Positions 13,141-19,854 of a stretch of DNA of 19,854 nucleotides are shown one piece after another. A program made the translations under genes and the position numbers. A model generated the notes under the pieces. That model was not told the origin of the DNA. It was given only the letters and a program-made list of their open reading frames with translations, and searched no databases. Position 1 is the stretch's first letter, and each line of letters opens with the position of its first letter. Source of the stretch: Gemmatimonadota bacterium (lineage in GTDB: Bacteria > Gemmatimonadota > Gemmatimonadetes > Gemmatimonadales > Gemmatimonadaceae); contig JANMLN010000141.1 of the NCBI GenBank assembly GCA_031372565.1, forward strand, positions 1 through 19,854. Direction: 5' to 3'.

Positions 13141-13482
13141 ATGCGACTGCGAACCGTGGTGGGTGGTGCGTGGCTGTTGATCGTGAGCGCATGCGGCGGG
13201 TCGTCATCGACGGCACCGACCGCGAGCGGGTCCAACGTGGTGCAAGCCACGGTCGGGTTCGTGTTCTCGCCGTCGACGCTCACCATCAGCCGGGGCAGCT
13301 CGGTGACCTTCACCTTCTTTTCCGTCACGCATAACGTGACCTTCGCCGGCACGGCGGGCGCGCCGGCGAACGTTGCTGCCAGCAGCAACACGTCGGTGGT
13401 GCGGCAGTTCGACACGGCGGGGACCTTTCCGTATTCGTGCACCATTCACGGGATGATGGGCTCGATCACGGTGACGCCTTAA
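13141..13482 (+). CDS. Plastocyanin/azurin-family cupredoxin lipoprotein
   Basis: Lipobox VSAC followed by a Ser/Thr/Gly linker. FSPSTLTI, HNVTF and YSCTIHGMM give type-1 Cu ligands His, Cys, His and Met. AGGAAAG RBS-like sequence upstream. Confidence 0.85.
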   Translation: MRLRTVVGGAWLLIVSACGGSSSTAPTASGSNVVQATVGFVFSPSTLTISRGSSVTFTFFSVTHNVTFAGTAGAPANVAASSNTSVVRQFDTAGTFPYSCTIHGMMGSITVTP

Positions 13483-13530
13483 CGTGGTCCGGCGGGTCGC
13501 GCCACTGATGCATTTGGCTCGACTCTGCGC

Positions 13531-13558
13531 TTGACCCAGCCCGTGCATCGTCTATGTT
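13531..13558 (+). promoter_or_regulatory. Putative sigma70 promoter for tRNA-fMet
   Basis: TTGACC (13531-13536), 16-nt spacer, TATGTT (13553-13558), 12 nt upstream of the tRNA. Confidence 0.55.
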
Positions 13559-13570
13559 TCCCTTCACTGG

Positions 13571-13644
<74 letters not shown>

Positions 13645-13655
13645 TGGAAGGGCAC

Positions 13656-13690
13656 ACGCCGGACCCCTTGGGGTTCGGCGTTTGTCGTTT
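13656..13690 (+). terminator. Intrinsic terminator after tRNA-fMet
   Basis: ACGCCGGACCC-CTTG-GGGTTCGGCGT hairpin followed by TTGTCGTTT. Confidence 0.75.
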
Positions 13691-13730
13691 GGGCCCGCGT
13701 GTGTCGGGCGGTCGTCGGTCGCGGCGGGGG

Positions 13731-13759
13731 TTGGGTCCGCTGCCCGGAGTGACTAGGTT
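13731..13759 (+). promoter_or_regulatory. Putative sigma70 promoter for the second tRNA
   Basis: TTGGGT (13731-13736), 17-nt spacer, TAGGTT (13754-13759), 10 nt before the tRNA. Confidence 0.4.
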
Positions 13760-13769
13760 GGGAGTTCTT

Positions 13770-13843
13770 GGCTGGGTAGCTCAGCTGGTTAGAGCACGGC
13801 ACTCATAATGCCGGGGTCGCGGGTTCGAGTCCCGCCCCAGCTA
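13770..13843 (+). tRNA. tRNA-Met (CAT), most likely elongator; Ile2 not fully excluded
   Basis: Cloverleaf: GGCTGGG/CCCAGCT acceptor, GCTC/GAGC D-stem, CGGCA-CTCATAA-TGCCG anticodon arm and GCGGG-TTCGAGT-CCCGC T-arm. The GGC start and A31-U39 pair resemble elongator Met. CCA is not encoded. Confidence 0.92.
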
Positions 13844-13849
13844 TGGTCG

Positions 13850-13891
13850 GAACGCACTGCATCTCAACACGATGCGGTGCGTTCGTCTTTT
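13850..13891 (+). terminator. Intrinsic terminator after the second tRNA
   Basis: 14-bp stem GAACGCACTGCATC / GATGCGGTGCGTTC (one G-U pair), 7-nt loop, then GTCTTTT. Confidence 0.75.
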
Positions 13892-13960
13892 GCAGTCGTC
13901 CGCACCGCCACCGCTATGTTCCGACCGCGTGCTCGCGTCGTCGCCTCACACCGGTCGCCC

Positions 13961-14713
13961 GTGCCCACTCTCGAAGTTCCCCTCGACTCCCTCGATGCGG
14001 CGGTACGCGCGGCTCCGTTCGCCGCCCGCCTCGAACTCTGCGACGACCTCGCCAGTGAGGGCTGGACGCCGTCGGCGTCGTTGATCCGTGCCGTGCGCAA
14101 CCATGTGGACATCGCACGGACGAGTATCGTGAGCATGATCCGGCCGCGCAGCGCCGATCGCAGCGGGGCGCTCGACGTCGCGGCGTTCACCGCCACGCCG
14201 CGTATTGTCGACGATGCGCTGTTCGAGATCGACGCGAGTGCCAGAGCGGGTGCCGACTCGGTGGCGATCGGATTGCTGACCGCGGAAGGCGTCGTCGACA
14301 TGGAGGCGTGCACGCGCATGCGCGACGTGGCGCGCGGCCACGGTCTGGTCGTCGCGTTCCTGCGCAGCTTCGACCTGCTCGCCGATCGCAAGCGCGGAAT
14401 GGACGACATCACCGCGCTCGGCATGACGCGCGTGATCACGGCCGGCGTCCGCGGCTGGGATTCGACGGTGCTCACCCTCCCGCAACGACTCACCGTGCTC
14501 GAAGAGGACGTACGCAATGCGGCGGCCTCGGCCGAGGTGCACGGCGTAGCGCCGGTCGAGGTCGTGCCGGGCGGTGGCGTGCGCGCGTCGAATGCGGCCG
14601 CCTTCCTCGCGGTGTCGCCGCACCTGCATGCATCGTGTCGACGCGATGGCGCGTTCAGCCTGGAGGAAGTGGAGGCGCTGCACGCGGTGCTGACCGGTGC
14701 GGTCGACAGATGA
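13961..14713 (+). CDS. cutC: CutC-family (PF03932-like) TIM-barrel protein, divergent
   Basis: Motifs LEV.LDS, RLELC..L..EGWTPS, MIRPR, GADSVAIG.LT..G.VD, FLRSFD, RVITAG, VPGGGV and LHAS. Start is GTG 13961 or ATG 13916; the ORF-track start at 13808 lies inside the tRNA. Confidence 0.8.
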   Translation: MPTLEVPLDSLDAAVRAAPFAARLELCDDLASEGWTPSASLIRAVRNHVDIARTSIVSMIRPRSADRSGALDVAAFTATPRIVDDALFEIDASARAGADSVAIGLLTAEGVVDMEACTRMRDVARGHGLVVAFLRSFDLLADRKRGMDDITALGMTRVITAGVRGWDSTVLTLPQRLTVLEEDVRNAAASAEVHGVAPVEVVPGGGVRASNAAAFLAVSPHLHASCRRDGAFSLEEVEALHAVLTGAVDR

Positions 14714-14756
14714 AAGTTGCAGCCGCGAGTTGGCGGTGTGGTGTGGACCCTCGCGC

Positions 14757-15767
14757 TCAGCCCGCCGCCAGCACCGCTGCGGCCAGCCCGTCCGCACCAC
14801 CACGCATCGGATCGAGCACGGGCATGCCGACGTACCGGCTCGTGGCCTCCTGATACAGCGCCCACTCCGCATCGCCCATCGCCGATGAGTTGATGCTCAC
14901 CGCCGCGACCACGGCCTTCGCATTCGTGAGCCGGGCCGCCTCCTCGTAGCGCGCAATGGCCACGCGCAGATCCGGAATGGGGAAGCTCGGAAAGTCTTCG
15001 ATGTGCGTGCGTGAGGGATCGTGACAGAGCACCAGCACATCCGGTTGCGAGCCATGCAGGAGCCCCAGCGTCACGCCGGCGTACGCGGGATGAAAGAGCG
15101 CCCCCTGGCCTTCGATCACGTCCCAGTGATCGGCGTCGTTGTTCGGCGAGAGCTGTTCGGCTGCGCCCGCAATGAAGTCTGCTACCACGGCGTCGATCGC
15201 GATGCCTTCGCCTGCGATCATCACGCCCGTCTGCCCGGTGGCGCGGAAGGTCGCCTTCACGCCGCGCGCGTGGAGCGCGCGCGCGATGGTCAGCGCCGTG
15301 TACTTCTTGCCGAGCGCGCAGTCGGTGCCGACCGTGGCCACGCGCATGCCGGTCCGCTTGCGGCCGGAGCCGGCGGGGAACGTGCGGTCCGAGTGCCGCA
15401 CGTCGTGCAGGGCGACGCCGCGTGTGGCCGCCGCGGCCACCAGCGTGGGGAATGACGTGAGCCGGGTGTGCATGCCGCTCACGACGTCGAGCCCCGCGTG
15501 GATTGCTGCCTCGAGGTCGGGCAACCACTCCGGGGGGAGCACGCCGCCCACCGACGCGATGCCGATGACGATCGAGCCTGCACCGCGAGCGCCGGCATCG
15601 GCAGGGGACAACCGTTCCAGTCCCGTGCTCACCTTGGCCGTCGGGAGGCTCCATTCGCCGATCACATCATCCCGGCACCAGTCGCGGAGGCCGAACGCGG
15701 TCTTGGAGAAGGTCTTGTCGGCGGCGCCGCCAAGGTAGAGCAGGTAGGGCTTCCGGAGCTGGTGCAT
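14757..15767 (-). CDS. DUF1611 family protein (DgcN-like N-acetyltransferase)
   Basis: Motifs PYLLYLG, KTAFG..DW, GLDVVSGMH, VGTDCALGKKYTAL, FRATGQTG, IDAVVADFIAGAAE, IEGQGALFHPAYAGVTLGLLHGSQPD and DPMR.G. Confidence 0.88.
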   Translation of the reverse strand: MHQLRKPYLLYLGGAADKTFSKTAFGLRDWCRDDVIGEWSLPTAKVSTGLERLSPADAGARGAGSIVIGIASVGGVLPPEWLPDLEAAIHAGLDVVSGMHTRLTSFPTLVAAAATRGVALHDVRHSDRTFPAGSGRKRTGMRVATVGTDCALGKKYTALTIARALHARGVKATFRATGQTGVMIAGEGIAIDAVVADFIAGAAEQLSPNNDADHWDVIEGQGALFHPAYAGVTLGLLHGSQPDVLVLCHDPSRTHIEDFPSFPIPDLRVAIARYEEAARLTNAKAVVAAVSINSSAMGDAEWALYQEATSRYVGMPVLDPMRGGADGLAAAVLAAG

Positions 15768-15875
15768 GGGCGCGGATAGAGATGCCCCGAACGTGCGGGC
15801 GCGAGGTGGAGTGTGGGCGAGCGCGATCGCGCGTGGAGCACGATCATGATGCGCCTGACAGCGGGGAACGGCAGA

Positions 15876-17186
15876 CTAGCGGATCGCCGCGTACACCATC
15901 GACCTGAACGGCGCCCCAAGCTGCGTCGGCGCCTTGTAGGTGTTGGTGCATATCAGCGCGACGAGCTTCTCCTTGGGGTCCGCCCAGTATGTCGTGTTGA
16001 ACGCGCCGCCCCAGGAGAACGAGCCGATCGACGCCGGGGACCGCGAGTCATTCTCGGGGGTCTCGAGCGAAAACCCGAGACCAAAGGCGGGCTGCAGCGT
16101 GCCCACCTGGTTCATGAGCATTATCTCGACGGTCTTGCGGCCCAGCAGGCGCACGCCGTCGAGCTGGCCTCCGTTCAGGAAGAGCTGCAGGAATCGCGCA
16201 TAGTCGGCTGTGGTGGAGCTGAGGCCGCCACCGCCGGAGAAATACGTCGGACCGCGGAGTGGCTGGTCCGCAGCAGCGAGGACACCGTCGGTGCCATGCT
16301 GTGCCACCAACGTGCCGTCCTTGTCTTCGTGGAGCGCCACAAAGCGATCGCGCTTGGCTGCGGGAACGGCGAAGAAGGTGTCGGGCATCTTGAGCGGCTC
16401 GAAGATGCGCGTGCGGAAGTACTGGTCGAGCGGCATGCCGCTCACCACTTCCACGAGTCGTCCGAGCACATCCACGGACAGTCCGTACGTGAACCGCTCA
16501 CCCGGCTCGTGCTTGAGCGGGAGCTTGCCCAGCGCGTCGATCTTCGGGCCGAGGACGTCGCCGGCGCGCCCGAGCCCCGTGATGCCGGCCTTGGCGTAGA
16601 TGCCCTTCATCTCGTCGCTGCCGATGTCCGCGTAGTCGAGCCCCGACGTGTGCGTGAGCAGCTGACGGATGGTGATCTTGCGGCGCGTCGGCTTGGCCTC
16701 GTAGCTCGAGTCGGCGGCGATGAACTTGGTGAGTACCGTGTGCTCCTTGAACGCCGGCAGGTAGGTGCCGATCGGATCGTCGAGCTGGAAGCGGCCTTCT
16801 TCCCAGAGCATCATGACCGCGAGCGACGTGATCGCCTTGGTCTGCGACGCGATGCGGTAGATGTCGTCGGTGCGAGCGGGGGCCTTGGTGCCGAGGTCAC
16901 GGTAGCCGTACGCCTTGTGGTACGCGACCTGTCCGTCCTTGACCAGCATGACGACCGCGCCGGGAATCTTGCCATTGGTCACGAGCTGCTCGATCCAGCT
17001 GTCGATGCGGCTGAGTCGCTCGGGGGTGAAGGCCGCCGTCGCGGTCTTCGCGGTGCGCGCGGTCGCGACCGGAACGGTGGCGCTCAGTCGGCGCACGGCG
17101 GCCGGGGTGGGCGCCATGCCCGATTGCGCGCTCAGCGTGAGCGGAGCGAGTGCAGCACAGGCAACGAGTCGGCGAAGGGCACGCAT
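15876..17186 (-). CDS. Beta-lactamase-fold serine hydrolase (class C / family VIII esterase-like), secreted
   Basis: SxxK motif (YRIASQTK), LLTHTSG, PGERFTYGLS.DVLG, IFEPLKM.DT, GGGGLSST..DY.RF and WGG. Signal peptide from ATG 17186 (MRALRRLVAC...). Confidence 0.9.
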   Translation of the reverse strand: MRALRRLVACAALAPLTLSAQSGMAPTPAAVRRLSATVPVATARTAKTATAAFTPERLSRIDSWIEQLVTNGKIPGAVVMLVKDGQVAYHKAYGYRDLGTKAPARTDDIYRIASQTKAITSLAVMMLWEEGRFQLDDPIGTYLPAFKEHTVLTKFIAADSSYEAKPTRRKITIRQLLTHTSGLDYADIGSDEMKGIYAKAGITGLGRAGDVLGPKIDALGKLPLKHEPGERFTYGLSVDVLGRLVEVVSGMPLDQYFRTRIFEPLKMPDTFFAVPAAKRDRFVALHEDKDGTLVAQHGTDGVLAAADQPLRGPTYFSGGGGLSSTTADYARFLQLFLNGGQLDGVRLLGRKTVEIMLMNQVGTLQPAFGLGFSLETPENDSRSPASIGSFSWGGAFNTTYWADPKEKLVALICTNTYKAPTQLGAPFRSMVYAAIR

Positions 17187-17307
17187 GCGGAGGCAGGTCA
17201 GGGGAACCGGTGACGCGGAGGCATCCGGGAAAGATGCGGCTGGCCGCACCCGGGCGCGACCTGCATATTCGCAACTGTATCTTTCCACCCCGAGCCCCTG
17301 TGACGAC

Positions 17308-18174
17308 GTGAGTCTGCGACCCCCGCGACGCTCGAGCCTCGTAGCCGCGCTGTTTCTCGCGCTGGCCGCCCCTGCGGCGGCGCAGCGCCCCGCGACCGCG
17401 CCGCGTGTCGTGCTCCCGCGGACCGCAGCGGGCAGGCCGGACCTGAGCGGTATCTGGCAGGCGCTCACGAGTGCCAACTACGATATCGAGCCGCACATGG
17501 CGCGCGCAGCGCTGGCCATGCGTCCGGGGCCCGTCGTGCCGGTGCCGGCCAAGGAGGTCGTGGCGCTGGGCGCGGTTGGGGCGGTGCCCGGCGGTTCGGG
17601 CATCGTGGTGGGCGGCAGCATTCCGTACACCCCCGCTGCCCTCAAGACGCGAGACGAGAATCGTGAGCGATGGCTCGAGCGCGACCCCGAGATCAAGTGT
17701 TATCTGCCGGGGTTGCCGCGCGCGACCTACATGCCCTTCCCGTTCCAGGTCGTGCAGAGCGAGTCGCACGTGGTGATCGCCTACGAATACGCCGGCGCCT
17801 TTCGCGAGGTGTACCTCAAGGACCCGGGGCCACCACAGACGGACAGCTGGATGGGCCAGTCCGTCGGACACTGGGAAGGCGACACCTTCGTGGTGAAAGT
17901 GACGGGCTTCAACGACCGCACCTGGTTCGACCGCGCCGGGAATCACCATACCGAGAATCTCACGGTCACCGAGCGCTGGACGATGACCGATCGCGATCAC
18001 ATCCGGTACGAGGCGACGATGGAGGACCCGGCGACGTTCACCAAGCCGTGGACGGTGCGCGTGATCCTGTATCGCAACGTCGAGCCCGAGGCGCGCCTCG
18101 GTCAGTTCAAGTGTGTCGAGTTCGTCGAGGAGCTCCTGTATGGTCACCTGCGCAAGACGCCGCTCAAGCCCTGA
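17308..18174 (+). CDS. Conserved exported hypothetical protein (PDLSGxW...G.S.G.WEGDT family), paralog A
   Basis: Signal peptide ending AAA-Q after GTG 17308 (inferred start). Motifs PRT..GRPDLSGIW, DP..KC..PG.PR, WMGQSVGHWEGDT, VTER, EDP.TFTKPW and C-terminal CVE. Confidence 0.8.
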   Translation: MSLRPPRRSSLVAALFLALAAPAAAQRPATAPRVVLPRTAAGRPDLSGIWQALTSANYDIEPHMARAALAMRPGPVVPVPAKEVVALGAVGAVPGGSGIVVGGSIPYTPAALKTRDENRERWLERDPEIKCYLPGLPRATYMPFPFQVVQSESHVVIAYEYAGAFREVYLKDPGPPQTDSWMGQSVGHWEGDTFVVKVTGFNDRTWFDRAGNHHTENLTVTERWTMTDRDHIRYEATMEDPATFTKPWTVRVILYRNVEPEARLGQFKCVEFVEELLYGHLRKTPLKP

Positions 18175-18175
18175 C

Positions 18176-19252
18176 ATGCGACCCTTCATGATACTGCGAT
18201 CCGCGGTCGTCCTCACCGCGCTGCTGAGCGGACTGGTGCACGCGCAAGCGGCCATGTTGGCGACCGCGCCCGCCAAGGCGCCCGCCGCCCCAAAGAAGTG
18301 GGTGCTGCTGCGCACCCCCGATGGGCACCCGGATATCCAGGGCAACTGGAGCAACGCGACGCTGACGCCGATCCAGCGCCCACCGGGTCAGGAGCGCGCC
18401 CTCAACAAGGCGCAGGTCGTGGCGCTCGAGAAGATCCGCTCCGACACGATCGAACAGCTCTCCAAGGCGTCCGATCCGAATCGCACCGCGCCGCCCAAGG
18501 GGGGCGATGGGTCGACCGGTGCGGCGGGCATGGTCGGCGGTTACAACTACTTCTACATCGACGCCGGCGATCACATGGCGTTCGTCAACGGTGAGACGCG
18601 CAGTTCCATCGTGATTGATCCGCCGGACGGGCGCGTGCCGGCCTTCACTCCCGCGGCTCGTGCGCGCATGCTCGAACGGAATCGGGCCAGCCGCGGCATG
18701 GGAGAGTTCGACAACCCGGAGAATCGGCCGCTCGCCGAACGATGCATCATGTCGTTCGGGTCGAATGCCGGGCCGCCGATGCTGCCCAACTACTTCTACA
18801 ACAACAACTACACCTTCGTGCAGACGAAGGACCACATCGTGATGATGACGGAGATGGTGCATGACGCGCGCATCATCCGGATGAACGCGTCGACCCGCCT
18901 CCCCCCCACCGTGCGCCCCTGGATGGGCGAGTCGATCGGTCGGTGGGAGGGCGACACGCTGGTCGTGGTCACGACCAACTTTCATCCGCGCCAACTGTTC
19001 TGGGGCGGCTCGTCCGACAGCCTCACGGTGACCGAGCGGTTCCACCGCACGGGTGAGTTCACGCTGCTCTACCGCTTCACCATCAACGATCCGAGTACCT
19101 TCACGAAGCCGTGGAGCGGCGAGCTGCCGTACAACCGCATGACCGACCTGATCTACGAGTACGCCTGCCATGAGGGCAACTTTGCCGTGTCCAACGTGCT
19201 GAGTGGCGAGCGCTCGCGTGAGCGCGAAGCCGCCGCCAAGCCGAAGCCCTGA
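18176..19252 (+). CDS. Conserved exported hypothetical protein, paralog B of the preceding gene
   Basis: ATG 18176 lies 1 nt after the upstream stop; signal peptide VHA-Q. Motifs RTPDGHPDIQGNW, ERCI, WMGESIGRWEGDTLVV.TTNF, VTERF, DPSTFTKPW and YEYACHEGN. Confidence 0.85.
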   Translation: MRPFMILRSAVVLTALLSGLVHAQAAMLATAPAKAPAAPKKWVLLRTPDGHPDIQGNWSNATLTPIQRPPGQERALNKAQVVALEKIRSDTIEQLSKASDPNRTAPPKGGDGSTGAAGMVGGYNYFYIDAGDHMAFVNGETRSSIVIDPPDGRVPAFTPAARARMLERNRASRGMGEFDNPENRPLAERCIMSFGSNAGPPMLPNYFYNNNYTFVQTKDHIVMMTEMVHDARIIRMNASTRLPPTVRPWMGESIGRWEGDTLVVVTTNFHPRQLFWGGSSDSLTVTERFHRTGEFTLLYRFTINDPSTFTKPWSGELPYNRMTDLIYEYACHEGNFAVSNVLSGERSREREAAAKPKP

Positions 19253-19266
19253 GCCGAGAGGTGTCC

Positions 19267-19731
19267 ATGCGCCCGCGCATCATCATTCCCGCCCTTGCCG
19301 CCGCCGTCGTGCTCGGCACCGCTGGTCCGCTGCTCGCCCACCATGCGTTCGGCGCCGAATTCGACCCGAATGCGCCGATCCGGCTGCAGGGCAAGGTCGT
19401 CAAGCTCGAGTGGGTCAACCCGCACTCGTGGATCCATCTCGAGATCAAGAACAAGGAAGGACAGCAGGAGGTGTGGATGGTCGAGGGGGGCACGCCCAAC
19501 GTGCTCCTTCGCCGCGGCCTCACGCGCGAGTCGCTCAAGTACGGGACGGAGCTGATCGTCGATGGCTACCAAACCAAGGATCACTCGCTCAAGCGGGCGA
19601 ACGGGCGCGATGTGACCTTCACCGACGGCAAGAAGATGTTCATGGGATCGTCGGGGACGGGTGCGCCGAAGGATGGGCGGGATCCGACGGAGAAGGGCGC
19701 GGCGCCGGCGAAGCCGCCCGCCGAGCGATAG
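19267..19731 (+). CDS. DUF6152 family exported protein
   Basis: Signal peptide then AHHAFGAEFD, G.V..LEWVNPHSWIHL, W.VEGG.PN.L.RRG and LK.G. GAGAGG RBS upstream. Start is ATG 19267 or GTG 19261. Confidence 0.82.
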   Translation: MRPRIIIPALAAAVVLGTAGPLLAHHAFGAEFDPNAPIRLQGKVVKLEWVNPHSWIHLEIKNKEGQQEVWMVEGGTPNVLLRRGLTRESLKYGTELIVDGYQTKDHSLKRANGRDVTFTDGKKMFMGSSGTGAPKDGRDPTEKGAAPAKPPAER

Positions 19732-19741
19732 CGGGCCAACA

Positions 19742-19771
19742 GTCGTCCGGAGCGGAGCGAAGGGCCCGCGT
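19742..19771 (+). repeat. Degenerate third-locus copy of the 30-bp REP-like unit
   Basis: GTCGTCCGGAGCGGAGCGAAGGGCCCGCGT matches the unit at 1-30 at 24/30 positions and sits 10 nt after the DUF6152 stop. Confidence 0.75.
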
Positions 19772-19854
19772 GTGGCGGTGAGGGGGGACAAGCAAGTGCG
19801 TCCCCTTGCTAAGGACGCCGGGGTTAGGCCAGGATAAGAACCACCGCCCCCCCC

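Noticed and set aside
15876..17186. Bona fide beta-lactam resistance gene (ampC)
   Set aside because: It has YGLS and WGG rather than the AmpC YxN and KTG motifs, which fits the esterase-like serine hydrolases better.
16915..17477. Apparent overlap of extended ORFs 15876-17477 (-) and 16915-18174 (+)
   Set aside because: Signal peptides place the real starts at about 17186 (-) and about 17308 (+), leaving an ordinary divergent intergenic gap.

Overview
GC-rich bacterial DNA; the gene content and order suggest Gemmatimonadota, which is an inference only. The core is a + strand housekeeping run: Minf_1886-like protein, nnr, thiL, plsC-like acyltransferase, eno, ftsB-like gene and two CAU-anticodon tRNAs. 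Accessory, mostly exported, proteins are interleaved: two unrelated Ntn-hydrolase acylases, a DUF3857/transglutaminase-like gene between eno and ftsB, a cupredoxin lipoprotein, a divergent CutC, a DUF1611/DgcN-like protein and a beta-lactamase-fold serine hydrolase. The window ends in a three-gene uncharacterised periplasmic module (two paralogous two-Cys proteins plus a DUF6152-like protein). A 30-bp REP-like hairpin repeat occurs as a perfect 4x tandem at 1-120, as an inverted copy at 802-831 and as a degenerate copy at 19742-19771. The first two bracket a whole lipoprotein gene. No transposase, integrase, CRISPR array or rRNA is visible. The best leads are the repeat-bracketed cassette and the DUF6152 module. 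All family assignments come from recognised motifs, not database searches.
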